Source of the DNA: an uncultured Bacillales bacterium
GTDB lineage: Bacteria; Bacillota_I; Bacilli_A; RF39; UBA660
Reading direction: 5' to 3'
NCBI GenBank assembly: GCA_946611235.1
Contig: CAMODE010000003.1
Coordinates: 1-61,804 of the forward strand
DNA: 61,804 nt
The notes beneath the pieces were generated by a model, which worked only from the letters and a program-made list of their open reading frames with translations, was not told the origin of the DNA and searched no databases. The translations under genes were made by a program, and so were the position numbers. Of the stretch, positions 8,501-16,574 are shown in pieces (position 1 is the stretch's first letter; each line of letters starts with the position of its first letter).

Positions 8501-10125
8501 TTTTCATCATATCTTCGATAATTTATTTCTTGCTCTAAGTAATTAGATATTTCTTTAATATCTTCAATATTACAACCAAAAAAACGAAATTGCTTTGAAT
8601 TATCAAAATTATGAGGATAATATTTAATAAAATTCCACTCTTCTTTATTATTTGTAAATATAATTATTTTTAAATCTTCATAACTATGAAATGTAACTAA
8701 TTGCAAAATTATATTTTTTACCAAAGTATTAACTTTACTTTTATTTCCCATAATTGCGGTGATTGTTCTATTAAGAAGGGAATATCTTATTGGAACATTT
8801 CTTAATAAGTCATATTCCTTTGAGATATTTTGTGCTTCTTTTTTTAGCGGTAGATCATCAACAGAAAAACCCTCTTCAGGGCAATTGATTGTTATATCAA
8901 GCGGATAATCACCAATTCCTATTCTTACCGTAAGAAAATCCTCCTGTTCAATTCTTCTGCTCCAAAGTCCAACTTTTTTGTTTATAATTATATTAAAGCA
9001 CTCATTATTAGATAACAAGTTTTCTTTTAATATATCACTTTGAATTTTTGCCTCATCAGCTATTTCTTTCTTTTTCAATTCTAAATATTTATGATATTTA
9101 TTAACAGCATTTTTTTCTTTTTTTCTTTTTTGTCTTTTATTATAGGCCTTTGTAAGATTTGGCCACAGAGCCGTTGAAACCAGCATTGCAATAGAAGGAA
9201 TCATTGTTGTCCAAGATGAACTAAATGTTGTTTCCCCTGAGCTTATTTTCATAAATCCATTAATTAGGCTAACAGATGAAGTAATTCCCATTGTCACCAT
9301 TGGGCCTAGAGTATAAATTAAGGGGATTTCTTCTTCTTCACCTTTTGATGGTGGCCCATCTATTTTTAATACTTTAGTTGATATAGTTCTTCTAATACGG
9401 GGTGATTTAGAAAAATAATCTTTGTCATTATATAAATCGTTTTCCCTTATTTCACTATTTTGAAAATTATTACCTAAATCTATAATAAATTCATCTAAAC
9501 CAGATATAAGTTTATTTACAAATAATTTATTAGAGGGATTATTGATTAATACTAAGCCATTCAAAAATACAATTTTTAACCCTAATAGTTCAATTATGTC
9601 TCCAAACAATAAAATAGTTTCTTTATCGATTACTCTTTTTTTATTTATATATAAATAATTATTATTAAGGTTTTTTAATATATATCTATTATTATCACTT
9701 TTAATGGTAAAACATAAATCACTTATGCTATTATCATTGTAGTTAATACTGCAATCTTTTCCTTTTCCTACTGTTATATTGATTTTCTGATTATATTTAT
9801 ATGTGACAAATGTGCAATCATAGTTTTCAAAAACATATATTAAATATTTTATATTATCACGTTCTAATATATAATAATTATTTGTCATAAGCACTGCTGA
9901 TTGGGTATAAACTCCATTATTTAATACTTTAACATTAACTGTTGAAACTAAATTCCAGACGTTATTTGATGCATCGATATTAATTAGCTTAGCAGTTTCT
10001 TCTTCTTTTTCATCAAATGATAGACTCCCAAATATTTGATTTGGAAGAGAAAATTCTATTTTTCTTTCACTGGTAAATAATGCTATTTTCACTCTATCAA
10101 CTCCTCTTCTATTATATAATAACAT
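5533..10125 (-). CDS. essC: EssC/YukB-type FtsK-SpoIIIE family T7SS ATPase
   Basis: 1530 aa with N-terminal FHA-like region and TM segments near residues 270-320. Walker A GMTGSGKSEF and Walker B LIIICDEF, followed by further degenerate P-loop domains. An alternative GTG start at 10089 has a GAGGAG RBS. Confidence 0.9.
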   Translation of the reverse strand: MLLYNRRGVDRVKIALFTSERKIEFSLPNQIFGSLSFDEKEEETAKLINIDASNNVWNLVSTVNVKVLNNGVYTQSAVLMTNNYYILERDNIKYLIYVFENYDCTFVTYKYNQKINITVGKGKDCSINYNDNSISDLCFTIKSDNNRYILKNLNNNYLYINKKRVIDKETILLFGDIIELLGLKIVFLNGLVLINNPSNKLFVNKLISGLDEFIIDLGNNFQNSEIRENDLYNDKDYFSKSPRIRRTISTKVLKIDGPPSKGEEEEIPLIYTLGPMVTMGITSSVSLINGFMKISSGETTFSSSWTTMIPSIAMLVSTALWPNLTKAYNKRQKRKKEKNAVNKYHKYLELKKKEIADEAKIQSDILKENLLSNNECFNIIINKKVGLWSRRIEQEDFLTVRIGIGDYPLDITINCPEEGFSVDDLPLKKEAQNISKEYDLLRNVPIRYSLLNRTITAIMGNKSKVNTLVKNIILQLVTFHSYEDLKIIIFTNNKEEWNFIKYYPHNFDNSKQFRFFGCNIEDIKEISNYLEQEINYRRYDENMNDVNREYTSFKPYYLIITDNYSKIRKINFMKIITEINNNYGFSLILIENKLSKLPSKCSNFISIGDSSSQVLENAYEEQKVINFNDEIDYGIDMNLVGKIISNIPIEFERGPKSLPTSISFLEMENVGKVEQLNIINRWKNNDPIKSLKAEVGIDENGDLMYLDLHEKFHGPHGLIAGMTGSGKSEFIITYVLSMAINYSPYEVSFVLIDYKGGSLAGAFENRNVGIKLPHLAGTITNLDKAEMDRTLVSIDSEVRRRQKIFNNAKDKLGESTIDIYKYQQFYRDGKLDEPIPHLIIICDEFAELKSQQPDFMDNLISIARIGRSLGIHLVLATQKPSGVVDDQIWSNSKFRVCLKVQEKADSMEMLKRPEAAELKQVGRYYLQVGYNELFQLGQSAWCGAKYFPSDKVKKNVDKSVDFINNTGYIIKSMQGASNKGPAKGEEIAAIMKHIMEAAQRENIFSQRLWLDNVPNLIYIDDLINKYSNNIPKDDIYAIIGEYDDPNNQSQGLLKINLNKDGNTIIYGNEGSDKEMFIDAMIYSTITRYTSSDINYYIIDYGSESLRKFSSFPHIGDIVYLDEDEKLLNLLKLINHKLSERKQLFSSFGGEYNNYIKVTENKIPLIGIIINNYDAFEEANPNLDDEIIKITRDGLRYGLFFVFTANSDGSIRRKIKQNFNSIFALKLNDISEYSTIFNRVNTIPKEIPGRGIFKMEDIYEFQTALINDNPSQYLNSIIETIKNSNSLIAEHIPTLPKLITIDYVSKYLKNLTCIPIGISKKTLEIITYDFTSYLSTFIFSTTSINTANFSRTIINELLRLNDIQIIVIDINKEIPEVSNIIKYYYDNNPDKIIDILIHFLRQVKTNSIGFRTIIYFQNFYKFKLKININKLDEFTNELKSIETVNLIIADDYKKIKKSEFDTWYRNIQNDTDGIWIGTGLSDQNMFKLSKLSKEMERTYQNNFGFIIKDGRAELIKTIELSEFKEGDIIEQ

Positions 10126-10318
10126 ATGATTAGTAAATTTACAATTCTTTTTTTTATTAAATTTAAAGCTTTAATTTTCTATATTTACAATATCATTTTG
10201 TAGTGAACTAATCTATTATGTATATTTTCAAAGTAAATCTTACTTTAGAAATAAAAATAAAAAGCACTTCAATTATTAATAATAATTTAGTATAATTATA
10301 TCGGAGGTAATTATGAAT

Positions 10319-11157
10319 GTGCGACGGTTAAGTTATAAATATACAGTTGGGAGAAAACCAACCTAGTAAACCTGTGGTCGGGAGCTAGTACTAAATTATG
10401 GAGCCAAAATCGTAAGATTAGGTTTAAGCGTTAATGGTGTAGTGATACATCCTAGTTAGGAGATTTGAGAGGAACGAGTGCGACGCCACTCTAGATATTG
10501 AGCCTCGTTATGCCAACAAATGGAAGCCGAGATGCTGTTCATCATCGCAGGTAGTAATACACAAACGTTAATGACAAGAATGTGTAGGTTTCATCGGGGT
10601 CTTAGAACGTTTCGAGCAAGTCATAATATATTTACAATATCCGTGAGGTCTTATGAACTCCTCAATATTGATAATGGTTTAAAACACCAATAGGAAAGGT
10701 AATATAAACTGGCTGATAGGTCTTAAAGATAGGTAAAACTAGAGGTTTATAAAAGGTTTATAAGAAGTCGGACTAACTCGTAGTAGTGAAGATATAACGC
10801 GAAAGGTTATGGAGCGAAGGGGTTAGCATAATAATCGTTTCTGAATAAGAAGCATTTACACATAAGAAAGGTGGTTACTATAATTATTATGGAATAAGTT
10901 TTAATTTTGATTGGCTAACGGAAATATATAATTATTCAAAAAGTCAATTAAAGAATTGATTAAGTAGAAGAAGTCAAAAAGGCAAGATAGCATGGGAAAA
11001 AATGTTTTTAATATTAGCATTTGAGCCATTAGAAAAACCAAGAATAACTTATTCATTATGCTAAATTTCGAAGATTATTATGAAGAGCCGTATGCCTTAA
11101 TAAGGCACGTAAGGTTCTGTGAGGGGCGACAGTTTTGTTTCTGCCTCACAAGAAAGA
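10319..11157 (+). mobile_element. ORF-less group II intron (3' boundary uncertain, 11149-11165)
   Basis: The 5' end is GTGCGAC (GUGYG). Domain V is GAGCCGTATGCCTTAATAAGGCACGTAAGGTTC at 11085-11117. A domain VI hairpin lies at 11118-11150. The domain I-III region is GC-enriched. No ORF of 60 aa or more on either strand between 10126 and 11057. Confidence 0.8.
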
Positions 11158-11168
11158 GAGGTATAAGA

Positions 11169-11900
11169 ATGAAAGAAAATGGAAGTCATCTACTCGACAA
11201 AAATATAATAATAGCTCACCGAGGTATATATAATAATATAGATATACCAGAAAATTCCCTTCTAGCATTTAAAGAAGCATTAAAATTTAATTATCCAATC
11301 GAATTAGATATAAATATAACTAAAGATAATGTTATCGTAGTATTTCATGATGATAATTTATTAAGAATGACTAATCTCGATAAAGGAATTAATAATATTA
11401 CTTATAATGAAATAAAGAATTTATCTTTACTAGATACTAAAGAAAAAATACCCACTTTAGAAGAGGTACTTAAATTAATAAAGGGAAAAGTATTATTAAA
11501 TATTGAAATAAAGAAAACAAATAATTATAAAGTTCTTATTGATAATTTAATTAAATTACTTAATAAATATAATGGTAAATATATTATTCAATCATTTGAT
11601 TATAAATGTTTATTATATTTAAAAAATAATTATCCTAATATAATAAGAGGATTATTAATATCAGGAAATAATAATAAAATACATAATTATATATGTAATA
11701 TAATATATATTAAGATATGTAAAATTAATTTTATATCTATATCTAAAAAATTAATAAATAATAAAAAATATCTTAAGTATATGAATAATTATCCTACTTA
11801 TATATGGACAATTAAATCTAAAGAAGAACTAGATAAATATATGAATAAATATAATGGTTATATATGTGATAATTTACCATATAAAGAAAACTCGAATTAA
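11169..11900 (+). CDS. Glycerophosphodiester phosphodiesterase (GDPD family)
   Basis: IIAHRG...PENSLLAF...IELDI..TKD..VVFHDD motifs. The true start is ATG 11169 with AAGAGAGG RBS. The ORF-track extension back to 11058 is intron DV/DVI sequence. Confidence 0.85.
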   Translation: MKENGSHLLDKNIIIAHRGIYNNIDIPENSLLAFKEALKFNYPIELDINITKDNVIVVFHDDNLLRMTNLDKGINNITYNEIKNLSLLDTKEKIPTLEEVLKLIKGKVLLNIEIKKTNNYKVLIDNLIKLLNKYNGKYIIQSFDYKCLLYLKNNYPNIIRGLLISGNNNKIHNYICNIIYIKICKINFISISKKLINNKKYLKYMNNYPTYIWTIKSKEELDKYMNKYNGYICDNLPYKENSN

Positions 11901-11910
11901 TATTCGGGTT

Positions 11911-13254
11911 TTATCTTTTTGATAGTTCGACAACTTTTCTCCATAAAAGAGGACCAACAATACCATTTACTTCAAAGCCATAGTCTTCTTGCAATTTTTT
12001 GACGGAGTTTTCGGTTAATTCATCAAAAATACCATTTACTCTTACTCCGGGTATTGATTTATCAAACTGACATATTTTGAGTAAGAATCTTTGAAATCTT
12101 CTTACATCTTCTCCTTCTACTCCTCTGGTAAGAAAATAGTCGGGATATAATTCACTAGCAAAGTCTTGATATTCTTTAGGAAATGATTTTAAAATATTAT
12201 TATAAGTATCTTTTAGTACTTTCCAATCAGTATAGGTAAAATTACCAGTTACCGGAAGACCATATTTTTCTTGAAAAGCTTTGACCATGGTTACAGAGTT
12301 ATCATTATATACGGAGTTTGTAGGTAGTCTTGGTATATCAGAGTCTAGAAAAGCTATAGCATCTAAGAAGTAATGAATATACTCTACTTCGATTCCAGTA
12401 TCACCATAAGTAATAAAATCTTGATACCTAAATGTTGCTTCATCGACAGTTAAACCTTCAGAATATAAATCTGATAATTTCTTTACACTAGTATAGATAT
12501 ATTTTATTTTATACCATGTTGCTTTATCGACGATACCGGTTACAGGTAATCCAAATATCTCTTGAAATTTTTTAACAGCGGCTTCTGTTTCGACATCATA
12601 AATACCAGGATTATCTCCTATTTGAGGAATAGCGGGATAATTTATTCTAATTCGTCTAAGATCTCTTTGAATAGCAAGAACGGGATTACCGGCATTACCT
12701 AGTCCGATATTATATCCCGGAAAACCAAAAGAATTGTCTCCAACAGGAGCATCAAACTTTATAGATATATCATTTCCATAATAATACTTTAAAATATCTA
12801 GATAGTTTTTACCTTGGTTAGCTAAAGATACTGAGCCCCACTGAGATAGGCCATCACAAGTTGTTACCCTACCATCACAATATCTTGTAAAGTATGGCTG
12901 AACACCACTACCTTTAACGATATAGTTATTAAAGATATCTTCGACAATATTATTAATATTTTCATATGTCGATCTATTAGGAGTATAGGCTTGATCGTAT
13001 ATTGGTGAAGATGTTATATCAAAGTTATATCCTTTTGATGGATACCATTCATTATATATTCTATTTAAAGCAAAGGATATAATAGCATAGATATTAGCTC
13101 TTAGAGCTTCTTCGGGCCATGTTGGATATAATTCAGAAGCTGCAACATTTGATATATAATCAGTAAATGGTACAGTTATGTTTCTTGCAGCACTATCTGG
13201 TTCTCCTAGATGAACAGTTATATTATTTGGTACAACTGGATATCTAACGGCCAT
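11911..13254 (-). CDS. SpoIID/LytB-like domain protein with three peptidoglycan-binding (PG_binding_1-like) repeats
   Basis: N-terminal YISNVAASELYPTWPEEALRANIYAIISFALNR is SpoIID-like. Three repeats of the ..AV..FQ...GL.VTG..D..TW type. Confidence 0.75.
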   Translation of the reverse strand: MAVRYPVVPNNITVHLGEPDSAARNITVPFTDYISNVAASELYPTWPEEALRANIYAIISFALNRIYNEWYPSKGYNFDITSSPIYDQAYTPNRSTYENINNIVEDIFNNYIVKGSGVQPYFTRYCDGRVTTCDGLSQWGSVSLANQGKNYLDILKYYYGNDISIKFDAPVGDNSFGFPGYNIGLGNAGNPVLAIQRDLRRIRINYPAIPQIGDNPGIYDVETEAAVKKFQEIFGLPVTGIVDKATWYKIKYIYTSVKKLSDLYSEGLTVDEATFRYQDFITYGDTGIEVEYIHYFLDAIAFLDSDIPRLPTNSVYNDNSVTMVKAFQEKYGLPVTGNFTYTDWKVLKDTYNNILKSFPKEYQDFASELYPDYFLTRGVEGEDVRRFQRFLLKICQFDKSIPGVRVNGIFDELTENSVKKLQEDYGFEVNGIVGPLLWRKVVELSKR

Positions 13255-13660
13255 ATTTAAAGCCTCTTACTAAAGTATTAGGAACAATATTGATGATTTG
13301 TTGGACGCATATTCCATCATATAAATTTACTTTAAAATTTTCTTCTTCACCATCATAATTAGCTTTAATATTATAGACTGTCCATTTAGGTGCTATTAAA
13401 TTATCACTACCTAGTATTGGAGCAGGAAGTCTTAATCTTTCGATCATACCTGAAGAATCAGTTACTCCATTAAAGAATATTATTTTAGTATTATCTCCGA
13501 TTAAGGTACTTACTTCAATATTCATACCTTCAATTGGTACAGCTTCACTAGCTCCATAAGCTCTTATACGAAGGGAACCTACTCCTTCATTATTTTTCAT
13601 AAATTCTTGATATTCTAATAAGCTATTTAGCTCAGTATCATTTATATTATATGTATTCAT
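13244..13660 (-). CDS. 138-aa protein of unknown function co-transcribed with cell-wall genes
   Basis: Overlaps the downstream gene by 11 nt. GGAGAAAT RBS region upstream. Beta-rich composition. Confidence 0.55.
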   Translation of the reverse strand: MNTYNINDTELNSLLEYQEFMKNNEGVGSLRIRAYGASEAVPIEGMNIEVSTLIGDNTKIIFFNGVTDSSGMIERLRLPAPILGSDNLIAPKWTVYNIKANYDGEEENFKVNLYDGICVQQIINIVPNTLVRGFKYGR

Positions 13661-13670
13661 AATTTCTCCT

Positions 13671-14513
13671 TTATATATTTAATTTTTGTCCAATATTTAA
13701 GAGATTACTAGATAAATTATTCTTTCTCTTAATATTATCGACACTAGTATTAAATTTCTTTGCTATACTATATAGACTATCTCCTTTTTGAACTATATAT
13801 GTTTTAGTACTTGTATTAGTACTAGTACTTGGTACTTTTAGTATTTGACCAATAGATAAATTATTACTTGTTAGATTATTTAATCTTATTAATTCACTTA
13901 CACTAGTATTATAAAGATTTGCTATTTTATAGAGAGAATCTCCTCTTTTAACTGTATAATTTATCGTACTTATATTACTAGGAGGAGTATACTCAATACC
14001 AAAGCATTCTTCTTCTACTACTCCGGTAGAAGGAGTATTTGTTCTTATTTTAAGATTTTGTCCAATAGATAGATTATTACTATTTAGGGAATTATCTTTG
14101 ATGATAGTATCAATACTGATATTAAAATTCTTTGCGATACTATATAAACTATCTCCCTTTTTTACTATATAATTAGTATAATTGGGTACAGTTGTAGGAC
14201 TTTGATATGTCTCTGGTATTAATAGTTTTTGCCCAATAGATAGATTATTACTTGTTAAGTTATTTAATCTTTTTATAGTATCAACATTAGTATCATATAC
14301 ATTTGCTATACTATATAAACTATCTCCTTTTTTTACGGTATAAGTAAAGGTATTATCGGGATTAGTACCAGTACTACTAGGAATAGTAAGTACTTGTCCT
14401 ATATTTAGATTAGTACTATTTAAATTATTGGCTTTCATTATATCCATTACTGATACTCCAAATTGATTACTTATTCCATATAGGGTATCTCCTCTTTTTA
14501 CAGTATATGTCAA
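13671..14513 (-). CDS. LysM-repeat protein (5 LysM domains)
   Basis: Five copies of Y.VK.GDSLY.IA......S...I...N.L.S..L.IGQ.L. Confidence 0.85.
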   Translation of the reverse strand: MTYTVKRGDTLYGISNQFGVSVMDIMKANNLNSTNLNIGQVLTIPSSTGTNPDNTFTYTVKKGDSLYSIANVYDTNVDTIKRLNNLTSNNLSIGQKLLIPETYQSPTTVPNYTNYIVKKGDSLYSIAKNFNISIDTIIKDNSLNSNNLSIGQNLKIRTNTPSTGVVEEECFGIEYTPPSNISTINYTVKRGDSLYKIANLYNTSVSELIRLNNLTSNNLSIGQILKVPSTSTNTSTKTYIVQKGDSLYSIAKKFNTSVDNIKRKNNLSSNLLNIGQKLNI

Positions 14514-14628
14514 TATTTAGTCACCTCTAGTTAATTATATGAAATAGATATTTATATAATACAAAAAAGTAATAGAGTTATTTCTATTACTTTATATCTT
14601 GTATTTAGATTTATTTAATATATATTAT

Positions 14629-14838
14629 TTATCTTTTTCTACTACTTTTAGGTTGAATAACTGGAGCTTTAGATTTTCTAGTTTTTGAGCCATGAATTCT
14701 ACCTAAAGCACGTTCTACTTTTTCTATATTTTGTTTTAATTCTATTAATTCTTCAGGGTCTGTTGTATTCTCGTACTTTTTTGCTAAATTATCTAATTTT
14801 CTGTATAATTCACTTGGTAACATTATCCCATCATCCAT
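14629..14838 (-). CDS. Small basic-tailed hypothetical protein
   Basis: ORF track gives 14629..14850. ATG 14838 has better spacing to the GAAAGGGTG RBS. Confidence 0.4.
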   Translation of the reverse strand: MDDGIMLPSELYRKLDNLAKKYENTTDPEELIELKQNIEKVERALGRIHGSKTRKSKAPVIQPKSSRKR

Positions 14839-15107
14839 ATTCAATAACACCCTTTCTATTTATTGGATTCTTCGCTTTTTAATCTATTTAATTCCGCTTC
14901 CAATGTCCTGATTCGTTTTTTTTTCTATCTTTCTCTTTTCTAGCAACTATTAACTCAGTTGGTTCTTCTTTAACTGTTTCTACAAAACCACATCTACTAC
15001 ATGTTCTTTTCCAATTTTCATGTTCTCTTTTTTATTTTATGCAGATCTTTCTGCTTACATACTAATACTATCATAAAAACATTATTTTGTCAAAATTTTT
15101 CCTTGCT

Positions 15108-15275
15108 TTATTTCATCTTTAAACAAGTTTCAATCATGCTAACTATTACATTGTTAAATGAAGTATCATTTTCTTTTGCTATTTTTTCTATTTCTTTAAC
15201 CAAACTTTCCTTTAGATATAAGGTTGTATAGGAAGATGGTTCTTTTTCTTTTGTCTTCTTTGGAACAAATTTCAC
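15108..15275 (-). CDS. 55-aa ribbon-helix-helix (CopG/Arc-like) protein candidate (below the ORF-track size cutoff)
   Basis: GTG start at 15275 after AGAGGTGA. The translation VKFVPKKTKEKEPSSYTTLYLKESLVKEIEKIAKENDTSFNNVIVSMIETCLKMK fits a beta-strand/helix/helix RHH layout. Confidence 0.4.
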   Translation of the reverse strand: MKFVPKKTKEKEPSSYTTLYLKESLVKEIEKIAKENDTSFNNVIVSMIETCLKMK

Positions 15276-15391
15276 TATATCACCTCTCTGTAAATATTTT
15301 AATATAATAAAAAAATAAAAGATAAATTAGAAATTTCTAATGTATTTTTTTGCTTTTTTATGGTACAATGTATAATGAAAGGAGTATAGAT

Positions 15392-15682
15392 ATGAAGAAG
15401 ACACTTATGGTTATTGGAGGTATCGTAGTAGGGATAATTGTTTTAGGAGTTGTTATTTTTGCTATAGTATCTGCTACTTCTAAAAAAATGGTATGTAAAT
15501 CCAGTGAAGGAAATATCACTATAATGTATAATGATAAAACCATTACTGGATATACTACAAGTGGTATGTCATATGATTTAGATCAACAAAAAGCATATGC
15601 TGAACAAGTTGGTGTAGATGCATACTTAAATGAATTTGCAACTTGGTTTAGTAACAATACAACTGGAACTTGTTCTAGATAA
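15392..15682 (+). CDS. Small membrane-anchored protein (N-terminal TM, about 96 aa)
   Basis: ATG 15392 (MKKTLMVIGGIVVGIIVLGVVIFAIV) is preceded by AAAGGAG. The ORF-track start at 15350 lacks an RBS. Confidence 0.6.
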   Translation: MKKTLMVIGGIVVGIIVLGVVIFAIVSATSKKMVCKSSEGNITIMYNDKTITGYTTSGMSYDLDQQKAYAEQVGVDAYLNEFATWFSNNTTGTCSR

Positions 15683-15838
15683 TTGCAATTTATTGCAATT
15701 CAAAAAAACATAATTTTGCTTGAACATGGTGTTCTTGCTTAATTATGTTTTTGGGTTTCAAAAGGGAATTTCCCTTTGCACACCTATTGGCTCTGCCAAT
15801 AGAGAAGTGTGTTTTATCTATTGGAAATAGATATTATT

Positions 15839-15861
15839 GACAAGCGAATGCTTGTCTTTTT
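15839..15861 (+). terminator. Hairpin GACAAGC-GAAT-GCTTGTC plus T5
   Basis: 7-bp GC-containing stem followed by TTTTT. It is the last of a cluster of hairpins at 15681-15861. Confidence 0.5.
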
Positions 15862-16528
15862 ATATGTCTATATCTCTATCATCATAATCTTTATCATAAC
15901 CATAATTTTGTTCATAGATATAATTGTTTATTTCTTCTTCTCTAGATGTATCATCTGCTATGTCGTGTAAATCTCTATTATTATAATAACCTAATCCATG
16001 ATAAGAAGTTATTTCTTTAACTACATTATCTTTATCTTTTTCACTTCCTATATGAAGTAATTAATTAAAGATTTTTTTGATAGTTTGTAACATTACATTT
16101 AAGAAATTATGAAGTCTTCTATTTTCATCTCTTTATTCATCATTTTTATCTTCTAATCTTCTTATTTCAACTTCTAAATGTCTATTCTTTTGTTCCATTT
16201 CTCTATAATGATTAGTATAATCATTTAATTATTCAAATAATGTTTGATTATTAGGCATATCTCTAATTACTCTTTTAGAGGTGTTCATAAAGTCTTTTAA
16301 AGTATCATAAGTTTCTTTATCTATTTTAACTTCTTTACCAGTAAGAGTTGGTTTAAAAGTTTTTAATTTTTCTTCTAGTATTTCATAATCTCTAGTCATT
16401 AAATGATTTTGTTTTTCCATACGAGCATCTAGTTTTCTTGTTAGTTTCTTAAATTCTTTAATAGAGATATGTTCATTATCACTGTTTTTAATACCTCTTT
16501 CTAATTTAAAACCATCAAAATAAAATTT
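15860..16528 (-). pseudogene. C-terminal remnant of a MobV/Pre-type relaxase with three in-frame TAA codons
   Basis: A single reading frame runs from 16528 to 15860, interrupted by TAA at 16229-31, 16133-35 and 16061-63. GFKLERGIKNSDNEHISIKEF plus a coiled-coil tail parallels the intact Mob at 42642..44054 (GFNLYRGDVGANKEN...). No N-terminal relaxase domain is present. Confidence 0.55.
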
Positions 16529-16530
16529 TT

Positions 16531-16567
16531 AAAAGAGTATTAGTGAAATTTTAACTAATACTCTTTT
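16531..16567 (-). terminator. 14-bp perfect-stem hairpin after the C39-like peptidase gene
   Basis: AAAAGAGTATTAGT / ACTAATACTCTTTT with a 9-nt loop, directly after the stop at 16575. Confidence 0.5.
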
Positions 16568-16574
16568 ACTATAT

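Noticed and set aside
11058-11168. N-terminal 37 codons of the 280-aa ORF-track entry 11058..11900
   Set aside because: This stretch is group II intron domain V/VI sequence read through in frame (EEPYALIRHVRFCEGRQFCFCL...). The GDPD homology and a good RBS begin at ATG 11169.
10301-11171. Idea that the intron interrupts the GDPD coding sequence, since GGAGG-N6-ATGAAT sits exactly at the 5' junction
   Set aside because: None of the plausible 3' splice positions (11149, 11157, 11164) joins ATGAAT in frame with the GDPD ORF. GDPD also has its own RBS and ATG. The junction ATG may be coincidental or may start only a tiny uORF.
13671-14513. Periodic DNA repeats that could be mistaken for a repeat array or CRISPR
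   Set aside because: The repeats are in-frame LysM domain units, and at 55600-55950 they are LRR units. There is no spacer-repeat architecture and no cas genes.
14851-15107. Possible frameshifted gene with a CxxC motif (RTCSRCGFVETVKEEP...) and a T9 homopolymer at 14916-14924
   Set aside because: No frame has a start codon with an RBS. The CxxC frame opens right after a stop and has no ATG/GTG/TTG. I treat it as degraded sequence.
15860-16528. Three in-frame TAA codons as evidence of stop-codon recoding
   Set aside because: TAA clearly terminates many well-defined genes in this window, including the stops at 15108-15110, 16229-16231 and 61722-61724. The fragment also lacks its N-terminal half. 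Pseudogene decay is the simpler reading.
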